64,000 nt of DNA from Pseudovirgaria hyperparasitica. Taxonomy: Eukaryota. The notes below the pieces were generated by a model. It searched no databases, was not told where the DNA came from, and worked only from the letters and a program-made list of their open reading frames with translations. The stretch is from assembly GCA_010093815.1 (NCBI GenBank), contig ML996578.1; one strand, written 5' to 3'. Numbering within the stretch: position 1 is the stretch's first letter; the number at the start of each line of letters is the position of its first letter. This document shows positions 26,455 to 38,600 of this stretch, piece after piece. The translations under genes were made by a program, and so were the position numbers.

Positions 26455-27934
26455 TCAATCTGCGCTTGCAAGATAATCAGACAGCTCAAAACCTACTGTA
26501 CGCCCCAGAGTCATGACATAGTCCAGCCCAAAGTTGACCCGCCATTTACACGCCGGGTCGAGAACGTCACCGCTAGACGCCCCTGAGCGCAATAAAAGCC
26601 TGAGTGAAGCAAGGGTCGCGACCTGTGTATATATATCTGCGGTTTGAGGGATAGTATGTGGTATGATGGAGTGTAAGATAGCGAGCAACCGATCGAGAGC
26701 AAAAAGTGAGGGCGAAAGTAGATGTCGTGCGATTTTTCGGTTCTTCGCAATCCGTCCCGATGTAGCACCGCCTTTCTTTCTTCGTCGTTTATCTGTGCTT
26801 TTCATGAAATGTATAGCGTCCGATCGTGCAGGATTAAAAGACGCTAGGTAGGCGGCGCATAGTAAATACTTCGAGTAATAGGGCAGTGCGTGCGATACTG
26901 TGCCGTTCGTTAGTATGTTGAAAATAACAATGTAGTTTTCTTACATTTGGAGGTAACCGTTGATCTTTCTTCTGTTGCTTTTGGAATGATGCTGTCAATG
27001 AGAATGTCTTCGTTTTGAAACAGGCCTCGGCGGGAGACCATGATTCTAGAAAAATCCCTTGGCCCATAGGTGCCATCCAACACTGGCTCTGTAAAAGGTT
27101 TCCATAGCTTTTCTGCGAGAACAGTGAAACTGCCCAAGTCTCTTGCAGCTCCTTTACCTAGCGAGTCCCAAAGAACCGTCAAAAACCGTGTCCATAATGT
27201 CAAAACGTCTTCGCTACTACATTTGTGGGATCTTTCCTCCGAGAATTCTAGCAGATCGCCGCTATCCCGATTCGAAAGGATACGTATTGTCTCATCCTTT
27301 GTATAGGGCGGGAAATGAACATGCGGTATTCCGACGGTGTGGAGAAATCGAGGTTTCGGAACGCTCACGATGAAGATGACGCTGAGCTTCGGAACCTTCG
27401 CATAGTCAGAACCGAAAACGGTATTCTAGATCGCAGCAGACTTACGAACTCTGTCATCCTTGACAAAGCAGGTAGCAATGTGGGCGGTGATTCCCTTTGC
27501 TTGTCTACCCCGTCAAAGACAAGTGTCATGTGAGGTACATTCTGCAATAACTGCTGTAGATGGACAACCAGCGCGCTTATGTTCTCGCATCGACTGTACA
27601 GCGCCCGATCGATCTTGGTATGTGTTGTAGCTTCAACGGCATAAATGCAGGCAGTTACGGTCTGCTCTAGCATATGACGACCAGTTATACATTCTCGCGA
27701 AACAATGAAGGCATGGGGCGTTTGGCCATCCTCGAGAGCACCTTTTACAACAGACGTTTTCCCTGTGCATTCTAATCCGTAGGCTACGAGGACCGACGGA
27801 GCTGGGTATGATGGCTGAACTATGGTTAGTAATACATTCCGCCTAACAGAGGTGTATAGTACTGAGAAGAGATTTTTCAACTGTCGTATCTGTGAAGTTC
27901 GACAAGGCAGACGCTCATTGAGCGTCACCACCAT
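26455..27934 (-). CDS. ORC5: Origin recognition complex subunit 5 (4 exons)
   Basis: PCR..QI..L, Walker A YGLECTGKT, HFPPYTKDE, LPYYSKYLLCAAYLASFNP, FALDRLLAI motifs. Confidence 0.9.
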
Positions 27935-27948
27935 TGTTGGGCTGGCTA

Positions 27949-27975
27949 TCGCGTCCTCGAGTCGACGCGTCGCGT
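27949..27975. promoter_or_regulatory. MCB-like elements (ACGCGT/TCGCGT) upstream of ORC5
   Basis: TCGCGT 27949, ACGCGT 27965, TCGCGT 27970. Confidence 0.5.
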
Positions 27976-28363
27976 ATCGACAGCCTCTGGTGCCTTACTT
28001 AGTAGCTTTCAATTGAATATTTCTTGGCGCGGTTAATACAGTCTAGCTCCAATTGGTCCAATCGAATACTTCCAACGAACTTACAAACGCCACAGGGGCT
28101 TCGCATGGGAGACCTATAGCGACAATGCCGTCCGTTTCTGTATTTAAGCACGTTCTCTACTCTAATTTAAACGACACCGGCTCTTCAAGTAGATACTAAC
28201 TACTCTAGCACGGCCTACGACCTTGTCGATGCTACATCCATTGATCTGGAAGTTGAGCTTGTTTATTTGCCTCGCTCTCTGGATACATTCGGTAAAAAAA
28301 GATGCAAATCGTCTCTCTGGCAAACGAAACATCAACGAACGGCCTCTAAGCGAGGGAAATCCC

Positions 28364-29870
28364 ATGGATTTTGAGCGCTGTGCAGAGCTGCACAATAAGC
28401 TTGCACAGATAGGATGGGAAGCGGCAGGATACGAAGAACCACTTCCAGCCACGACGTGGTGGGATGTATATGGTAACGATCAAAAAGCGGCAGATATTGC
28501 GAAGAGATCGCCTACCTTTGCGAAATTTCTCAAGCTCGCCATCGTAATCCCGTTCGACTACGGTACTCGCAATCATCGCGAGCACCACCTCTTTTACCTC
28601 GTGTGTGGTTTAATGTCTCCTAAAGGCATGCGTGAACCATCTTATATCAATGTTGATGGACTTGGGCTGCAACACGACAATCCGCGTTTCATCACCATAT
28701 ACGCGACCACGATCCATAACGATGATTTATACGAGGGAGTTCTGTAAGGGTTGCACAAATGTTTGGAACAACTTCCAGCTCACATATAGCAGCTATGATC
28801 TCCACAGTAATGATGCTATATATGTGACAGACGTTCAAGAGCGCCATATTGCTTTTAATGGACGACAACTCTGGTATCCTCTTGAGGATATGCTTTCCAA
28901 TTGGCATACAATGATCGAGAATGGCCAAATTGTTGCTATATCAGACGAGGCCGACTCGCCTCCCGATATTCCTGCTGGTCTGGTGAACACGGATCACGAA
29001 TGGACTGTCGATTATAATCGCCATAGGCCCTGGGTGATGCTGCCTTACTCTAAAGGTCTACTTGAAATGTGTCTGACTAGTTGGGAACAACTTGTTCAGG
29101 CCATTGAAGACCGAATAGACTTGAGTACTACACAGGGAGCACAGTATGGTATTTACGATGAAGCGACTCTGAATTCTGCAGAGATTCCTCCCGGATTCGC
29201 GCGCGACTTCTTATCACAGGCCCGGAAACCGAAAGTGGAATACCTCGCGCCTGGGATGCGTTTAGTGAGTGCGGGAGATTTTATCAAGCAACCATTCTCC
29301 CAGGACGCGAAGAAATTCAGCCACGACCGCGGGTCATCGGGAACTGATCTTTGGCCTATCCCTTTGCTACAAGCGTCAGAGCTCGCTTTGCCAGGAAGTC
29401 CTGTTGGCAGCTGGACTCCGCTGTGGCAATTTTCTAAATCTACCTACGCAGCAGGACTTTATTTTGATGGCTATCGTTGGGGTGCACAGCCTCTTGAGAC
29501 TGTGTGCCGCCTAGTCCTACCATTTGGGATTGGTAGTAAAGGTAACATGCGGTTAACGGACGGCTCGGTTTCAGGGGAGAAAATTGGCAATAAGGATCCG
29601 CCTATGAAATTTGAAGATAGACACGCAGATCTCTACCAACCGGGTTTTAATCCGTTTGGAGACTGGCAACATGTCTCTTTGCATTCAATATTGCAATCAT
29701 GGGTGTCCCTTGTGGAGAAAGGAGAATGGAAAGTATCCAAGCAGGGCGTCGCAGAGAGCATTTCCAAATGGAAGGATGCAGATTCGAGAAACAAGTGGCA
29801 TTTATACCGGATCGAGCTGGATCAGACTGGTCGCACTTCGCACTTTGTTGAAACAGAGCGGGAACTGTGA
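28364..29870 (+). CDS. Uncharacterised fungal protein (2 exons; intron ~28744-28789; start may be upstream)
   Basis: MDFERCAELHN..., W.PLE.ML..W..MI..G, LYQPG.NPF and W...VE.G.W.V...GV motifs; GTAAGG..TAG intron joins two long ORFs. Confidence 0.75.
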
Positions 29871-30210
29871 TAAAATCGACAACGATCTGTACTTTGCATA
29901 CATTCTGTATTTAGACAGCACGTGACGTCCGAATCGGGTAACTATCTGTCTATCGATCGATTCTCCACAAGTCAAAGCTCAAGCTGAGTAGTAGTGGAGC
30001 CAATACGTCCGCCGTGACCCTCGAATGAACAGGCAGCTAATTTACACACATGATACCATCAGCAATCGGACATCAAGTAGTTAGATAATCGCTCAAAGAT
30101 TTATTCCTTACAAGCGTACTGGCATAGTCATCAAAGATTCGCGTCCAACAGGTGGCTAAAGTTACACTCACCCCGCTCCAATTCGTTCAAGCTTACGAAT
30201 CGTCCACGAC

Positions 30211-31784
30211 ATGACAGGAGCATCTAATCTAGAGATACGAGCCGGAGGCGATGAGGTATCGAGGGAATACCTACAACATTCCAGTGCTCAGCGTATCAAT
30301 ACGGACATCGTCATAGTCGAGGCTTTGCGCAAGGAATACCCGGAGCTGAGACTGACAGTGACACCGGCATCAAACGTAGATCTATTCGTTTACGTAAGTC
30401 ACATAGATCTCGTCTGGAGGCACTTGATTGACCATGACAGGCCTCTGCAGGACACGCCTCTGTAACACCTGTAGACGACTCTGAATCGTGGACATGGCGA
30501 GTATACGCCCCACCTGCACGTCGGTTGGACGGCGGTTCAGGCACTTTGGTCGTCGATGTGAAATTTGGCAAATTCCTGTATAAGTGGCAAAGCCATGAGT
30601 TCATTGTCTATCTGATCCATGGACGTGACGGGGGTGCATCGTATCCAGACATCGCGAACTTTTACATCTTGTCGGCTTCAAATCAAGCCGCAGATGATTT
30701 GATCAAAGCCGCTGGTACATATGCATCGCAGCTACATGATCAGGTATGGCTGATTCCTTCCTTTAAGCGGACCAATCACGCCACTAACAGGCATCATAGG
30801 TATGGGTATTCGACCAAGGCTTTTGGCAAAAGAGTAAAGAGCTCTACAACAGTTTCCAGAAAGCTTCATGGGACGACGTGATCTTGGACTCGAACATGAA
30901 GAAGGAGCTTCTTGCAGATGTGGAAAACTTCTTTGATTCAAGAGAAACGTACGACAAGCTGAGGGTTCCGTGGAAACGAGGAACGATATATTACGGTCCT
31001 CCGGGCAACGGAAAGACTATTAGGTACATACATATGTCCACCTTGTCTTCGATTACTAACCTCGGTAGCATCAAAGCCATGATGCGTACGTTATTCAACC
31101 GCAAGGAGCGAGTATCAACTCTATACGTGAGAACGCTGAGCAGCTTCGCCGGGCCGGAATACTCTCTATCTCAAATATTCACGAAAGCCAGACAAGAAGC
31201 ACCATGCTATCTAGTGTTTGAAGACCTTGACTCGATCGTGGATGACCGTGTGCGAAGCTACTTTTTGAATGAAGTTGATGGCCTCAAGAAGAACGATGGT
31301 ATCATGATGATTGGCTCAACAAACCACCTTGATAGACTGGATCCAGGGATCAGCGTGAGTTGAACCCATAGCTCTTCATGTGTCTTGCTGAGTATTGAAT
31401 ATTTAGAAACGACCAAGCAGATTTGATAGAAAATTCTATTTTGCTGACCCTAACTTCGACCAACGAGTGAAATATTGCGAATTCTGGCAGCATAAACTGG
31501 CAGATAATGAAGACATCGACTATCCTGACAAGCTATGTGTAGCGATTGCTAAAATCACAGACGATTTCAGTTTTGCCTACATCCAAGAAGCGTTTGTGGC
31601 GGCATTGTTGTCAATCGCAGCAGCGCAGAAGAACCATGCATCTCGAAAGGGTAACGACCTTGATGATTTGGTGCTGTGGAAGGAGATACAGAAGCAAGTG
31701 AAAATTCTGCGGGAGGAGATGGAGGAGAAGCACACTATAGGAAGTCATGTGAGATTGGTACATCGACACCTGGGGGATTCTTAA
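30211..31784 (+). CDS. AAA+ ATPase of the YjoB-like fungal family (5 exons)
   Basis: PWKRG.IYYGPPGNGKT Walker A, LVFEDLDS Walker B, STNHLDRLDPGIS|KRPSRFDRK SRH motif. Confidence 0.88.
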
Positions 31785-33135
31785 GACAGGCTGAAGCACA
31801 AAGGAAGTCGGCCTGCTAAGTATCTGATGTTGTGAAGAAGAAGAATACTGTCGGAATAAAGGCTAATTATAATCTCGTTTGTAATTATTGTTAACATATG
31901 TTCGCACAAATACGTCAAGGAAGCGTGACCAGACTATATGTTATTGGTTCGGAGTGTCCGATCACCTGGAATTCATCCTGTCCTGTACAACAGTTGACGG
32001 TTGCCGGTCAAGCTACTATCTCTGGCAATATATGCCTCGCGGCGCGTGGACAACTAGGCAGGCTGTCCAGATCGGGTTAACGGTGGTGCAGGCAAACACT
32101 TGAATGTCGAAAGAGGTGACCAGAGAGACATGATAAAAGCGGCTCAAGTGAACATAATAATCTGGCGCAGAGGGTGGATGCCTAACTAAACTTGGTTAGC
32201 GGGGCGCCGGTGACTTTCTTTCCTGTCAACGCTCAAAGGCTTCATCAACACATCTCGACTCTTTCGTCTCACGATCACATACACCCTCATGGAGGGCGAG
32301 TCGACTGCGCGTACCGCTTGAAGTTATACCTTGCGCTGCATCTCGTCCTTCGGCGTGCTCCGATATGCTCTACGACTCATCCCTGATTGACCGGACCAGA
32401 CTGGTCGTCGACTCAGACCCTGTGTCTGCCTGGCCAGGCACCGCCTCAATGGGGTCTAGGTCATACATTGACGTCTGAAATGATCTTTTCTGCCTTCTGA
32501 GCTTGCCTCTATACGTACTTGCAGCCTGGCTAAACACTCATAGACATTCAATCGTTACCTGCGTGCCTTGCATTGTCTGTCCGTCACTATCCTAGAACGC
32601 CCTACGCCCTCCCTCACCCCGTATACGACGTTTCCCAGCGCGCGTCACCTTATCGATGTACTGCAAATACTCCGTCGTGACTTGAACATGATGACTCTTC
32701 CTGGCATAAGAAATTCCGGTCTAGCGTACAGACCACGCGATCACTCAGTCCATCCAATCGTCTGGCTGGTGCCTTGCCTGGGCTAGGCAATTATCAAACA
32801 CTGCCTCAACCCTGAGGCCGAATCTGTCAATTCAGTCATAGAGTGTATGAAGGCCTCTCGGAGGATACTGGTGCCTCAGGGAGCACACCGATCAAGTGCT
32901 CATAGGACAGGCCTTTTATATGTCCAAGATGTCTCGCTTTTCTTTTCCATTTCCATCTTCATACTCGTCCATTCTAAGACTCATTGCACAGCTGACCATA
33001 CAACTCACCTGTTCTAACTCTGAATTGACACCTCTGAAACTGAATCACCACACTCAGTAACAGCAATTGCCCACGCCTCATCGTTGCCTACACAATACTC
33101 AAATCAGATTCTCTCCTCTCAAGCCACCAGATACA

Positions 33136-33414
33136 ATGGTCACCGGATACACGTCCAACACCAAGGGGTACTACAGCACCCAGACACAATCATCTTCCCG
33201 TAAGTTGCCACCGCTCCCAGACAGTGATACCAGATGACTTACATGTCACTCAGGATCTTACGCCTCTACCCAATCCGGTTACTACTCCTCGCCGTCCAAC
33301 AAGATGTCGACCAAGCCGTCTGCTCGCGGCTACGGCAAAGGGCCAGACACCGTCATCACGTACGGTGGTAGTAACGATGAGCCCAGAACGTCGACCAACT
33401 CGGGCTACTACTAA
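33136..33414 (+). CDS. 74-aa Ser/Thr/Gly/Tyr-rich microprotein (exons 33136-33199 and 33254-33414)
   Basis: TACAATG start; GTAAGT..CAG intron; C-ending codon bias; translation MVTGYTSNTKGYYSTQTQSSSRSYASTQSGYYSSPSNKMSTKPSARGYGKGPDTVITYGGSNDEPRTSTNSGYY*. Confidence 0.7.
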
Positions 33415-35628
33415 GTGTGTCATCGAATGCCTATCTGCTCGTGCTCCAAAGCACGAAGCATGGCCCCGGTCCGGTGACTTTGGTCGTTGTGCGGACTGCA
33501 GGCAATATATTCAGGGCCCACTTTCTTTTTCTTTTCTGGTAACATCGTTGGCTTCGTACTTGTGTTAGGACTTTTCCTAAGCTGTCATTGTTTGAAATAG
33601 CGTGCATGGGAAGGCGAACTTTGGATTGAATCACGACATCGGGACTTAGAGCATGACATTCAGCCTCGCGGCTGCTGGGCGGCATATAGTAACGGTATAT
33701 GAATTTGGCATGACCAGATTGGAGAATATCGTTTGCACTGTCGAGCTGTCATCAGCCTCACTAGATTTAGTCTACAGTATTATCAATTTTATTATTTAAC
33801 CACCTGGTGGTCAATAGCAGCTGATTTTAAGTGTTTTTAAAACTTAGCTAGATCCAGAATACGGCGCACCAATGCTACTCGAGGGTCTCGTAATACGTAC
33901 CATGCAGATCATCGCATACACAACCGTGTGACCATGAGTTGCTGTGGTCTATATGAGGCTCCCCAAACGCACCCCTACCATAAGGCAGACATGTCCCGCC
34001 CTATTATGCAGGTACACCATCTATTACCCATATCACGGTTTAGGCTAACATTGTGCTGGAATGGTACGATTAAATGCCGTATCCATGTGCCCTTCCCCAG
34101 AGTACAAGGCTGTGTGTGAAACCTAGTATCTCGATTGAAGATTTCTGTAATTGATAAACACGTGGGCACAGATATCTCAACATTAAGCAAGTAATTGACA
34201 CTGAGGTAATCCAATAATTAGCCGCTTGAATTGTTGATAATAATAAGGAGGAGGAAAGGACCCTTGCGCTTCCCGCAGGCTGAGAAAGGGGCAATTTTCG
34301 TCCGCAAGAGGTATGGGCTTTCGAATAGCTAATTTGGGCTTTTCTCTCTCCCTTGCCTTCGAATATTGATCTGCCCTGAAACAGTAAACATATGTATAGT
34401 GAGTCAGTATTATCTCACATAATCACTCTCCAAAGTACGTCCTCGTTTTCAGATGCAAGACCCGCCTCTCTATCTGCTTCATCTCGTAAGATCCCAGAGC
34501 CAAGGCAGACGCCAAGCAAAACTCGGGGACAGAATCAATGACACGATTCTCTGATGAGAGTCTGCACAGGGCTGCTTGACTTACTGAACCTCCGGGACTG
34601 GAGCCTTGAGCCGTCGCAAGTATCGACTTTGCTTGGAGCATCTATCGGCCGTGATAGGTCATAGTGACAAGGGACGGACTGAAACCACACGAGCTGGCAT
34701 GACAGGGAGTCTGTAAGAGAAACCGTAAATGCATTGAGCAGTAGAGAATTGATCTCTTTAGATGGGTTGGAGCGAGCTTATGAAGAACTCTAAGGAGCAG
34801 CCGTAGACCAGAGCGAGTAGAGATGTCAAAGTCCGATCGTGCCGGATACTGACACAGCACAGACTTGGAAGTGGAAGGAAGCCCCTGATGGCTGAAAATT
34901 ACAGTGTCCCAAGATTGCCCACTTCACGACACTACGAAAAAGATGCGGTGGATGAACTTTGAAGATAGTCATAGAAAGTGGCGAAGACAGTGAAAGATGA
35001 ATATCAAGCTTAGCTTCGACAAGCACATGTTGCAGCTTGGATGGCGTCTCACTAAGATTGGTCAATCGATTCTACGTGTTCTGCTAGCAGAATGAGAACG
35101 CTACTTGGGTTGGGCGTAAAATAACGAAGTCCTGGCGTGTGGCTTTGCGATATCTACTAAAGTGATGTGTAGACCTATGACTATATGATTATATCATATA
35201 TAGGGATCGAGGGTACGAAGTAGAGGAGATTCCTGCTGGAAAGCGCGCTTTACTGGTACACCATGGCTGCCGCGGGTTCAACACAGGACGGCGTCCATGT
35301 GCTTCAGAAGTCATCAAGTAGAGGGTGCGTGTAATGGAGAGGAAGAATCTGTGATGCACATTGTGAGTTCCTGAGGGCAGTGAAGGACTAACAGTGGAGA
35401 TTTATGCGCCCCAGGCATATTAGCTCACACTGATATTCTTGGAGAATGGAAGGTCTCTTTACAAAGGGATTTCCCAGCTTGGTCTTGATACATCACAACT
35501 TGTCCACGAAGTATTCATGTTCGTCTACATATATTATACTGTGATAATCCTTCTTATCATATACCTTTGGATATATCCACCACTTCTAGTAAGGTCAATA
35601 GCCCAGCCTCGCGACTTCTATGCAACTC

Positions 35629-38600
35629 TCACACTGCTGCTTCCAATTGTCCCTCCGAGACATTCTCAAGCTTCTCCTGCTGCTCCCGGTCCGAATGATG
35701 CGTCTGTAACACCTGCGCTGCCCCATCCATATTACTCTTCGGCTCTAACCTTAGTGGCTTCCTTTGTATCTGCTGCACAGTAAATTGATGCCAGCAATTG
35801 GGCGCCTGTAAGATATATTTTGCCATGGCAATCCTGAAGCGATTCCGATAGTCCTTTGGTGACGTGATGGTCGGTTTGTTCTTGCCGCGGTCCTTGATCC
35901 ACGTCTCCAGCTTCTTGTCCCAGGTATACGTGCGGATGCAGTCGATGATGCCGACGACAATCTCGCGGCGCGTGTCATCGAAGCCTGCCATAAGTGAGTA
36001 GTCCATGACGTTCTGCTTGCTGAGGAATAGCGTGTCGTTCCATACCGAGGCTTTGAGTAACTTCTTGGTATGTTCGCGTACGAAGATAGGAGTTTCGGAA
36101 TAAATTATGTCGACGAGATTTTCGTCGAGGAGGACTTCATCTCGCTCGCCCGTCGATTGGATTTTGCGGTTCCGCATCGAGCCTTTGAGATCGAAGCGAC
36201 GGTTGGGTTCACGGTCATAGAAGAGGTTCTCCATGACTAGCATGAACATATCAAAATCGCGACCTGTAGACGTCTTGATCTGAACCTGAAAAAGGCCGAA
36301 CATCTTCGCGATAACGGTGGGAAGGCCTTTGAACAAATTTTGATGCGTGAAGGCGAAGTAATTGGGAGCGAAGCGGAAGAAAGCATTAACTTCGATGGCC
36401 GAAAGTGATTTGAGAATAAAACGATCATCAAGAGTCCTCAGAAAAAGGGACTTGCTCTTACCACCCTTGGAGTCCCACTTCAAACATCTTGAAAGGGATT
36501 CTACGAACCTGTCTGCAACACCACATTTCCGCCGCAGTGCATCAAAGGATTGAGCGTAGAAGATTTTGCACTGAGCTCTTACACCCCTGTTCGTGAAGCT
36601 GTAGCGAATGTTTGTATTCGCCTGATGTAGAAGATTACGCTCGATAGAGACATCGTCATCAATCGGGAGTCCAGTGGCTGCATCCGCATCTGTTGCCGCA
36701 GTATTAGACGCACGAAAGCTTTGGAGTTTTGCCATGTAATCCGGACTCGAAAGAGCCAAAGCAATTATCGAGCTGGGCTCATCTTCGCGCACAATGATAT
36801 CGGAATCCTCCCAAACATGCTCAGTTGTTGAAAATGGGTACTCAAGAGGTGCCCAACCACTGGCTGATCGCTCTGACCAAAAGCTTGTGAGCATTTTCAT
36901 GAGAGAGGTTTTTTCGTGTTTTGGAAGTAATTCCAGGTTAGCTTCTGTTGGAGACAAGATTTGTGACTCGTCGAGTGAGGATGGGTTGCCCATATCATCA
37001 AGATTACCCACTTCCGCATCACTCCCCTCGCCCTCGACATCATCGGTCTGACTAACCCCATCGATGCCGTCATTCCTTGACCCAGCCGGGGAATCTTCAG
37101 CACTGACTGGTCGTTGATCATTATCTGGTGACTGTGTACCGGTAGTAGTTTCAGTTGCTTCTGTCATTCCGCTTTCACCCAGAGTACTAGCATCAGTACT
37201 TTCGCGTTGATGGGATGATGAAGACCGTAGGTCCTCCTCTGATGGGTCTTGCACCTGAACAGCTTCATGCACGTTACGATAAACCTCTACGACTGGTTTC
37301 GAAGATGCTAATTGATACGTTCGTGCTTGTCGAAACTTTTCGGCCCGTTGTCGTCGTTCGCGCAGACGTTCTTTTTCAAACTCACGGCTCAGCTGCTCGA
37401 AGTGTTTTGCCAGAGTCGACACTCGAGAATCTCTTTTACTGGGGATTGAGCGCGGAATCATTGACGAAGACTTCGACCCCTTGAAGGTTAGACCCAGTCG
37501 ATCGGAAACTCGTTTCTCTAATGCTTTAGCTGATTCTGTAAGACTGGGCTTGGTGGGGTCGATTCTATGTAGGCTACCGCTGGTGGTACTCGAACTTCCG
37601 CCGGCGGCCAAACTATTCAAGGAGGAAAGTACCCCTGGCTGCGAACTGGCACGACTCAAGACTGCTGGTCTTGTCTTTTTCGTAACTTCGACAGGTCGTG
37701 GTATCCTTGATTCATACATGGGAATTGTCTCTTCGGACGAACTTTGTTGCTCATTATTTCCCTCTCCGTGACCCATTTCTAAAATTGGTGGGTCTCCAGT
37801 AAATATTGCTGGGCTTGGTCGTGGGGTAATATCATCTATCGACTCTGGTTCCTTCGATGGTAGGGCTAAGTTTAGATGACGAACGTCACTCTGTGCGGCC
37901 GTGACTGCTGGTTCAGTATTTGAGTTAGACGTATGGTTCTTGCTGATAGCATTATCATGAGGGGTTATTGGTTTTTCCGACTCCTTATTGTGGTCCTCCT
38001 CAACCACCAAAGTGAGCATGTCTCGGGCCTTCTCGGGTGACATCTGGGATGGCATAGGCGTCAAAGACATTAGATCAGCTTTTTCATTAGTGGTGATACT
38101 GCCTTCCGTAGAAGTGTCTTCGGGATCCTCTTCGACTGAAGTAAGTGATCCAACGGACTCATCACGTTCCAAAAACATCTTCTTAAGCTGCAATGCTGCC
38201 AGTCTTCTAATATCTTTCTCCGAAGGAAAAAATTGGCGCTCAAACTCCACGAACGCATCGTCCCATGCAAAGACCTTTTCCACGATGGCTCTGACGGCTC
38301 GATTGAGTGGAACGATCTCATAGTATCGTGAACTCATGTACTTATCTTGAAGCTTCTTTTTTAACCAGTCTTGTTCATCATTCGCTCTCTTTGTGAGTTT
38401 CTCGAGCTCGGCTTTGCAGGCTTCATACTTCTCGGGCACAATACTATCAATATGTATGCCTTTCAGTCGGGTCTTGATCGAAGCGTAAAACTTGTCCAGA
38501 CGCTCTTCGATCCTTGCAAACTGCTCATTCTTTAGGCGCAGATCACTGTCAACCTTCCATGTCACTATGGGTCTTGGTACAATGACTTCGTACAGTTGTA

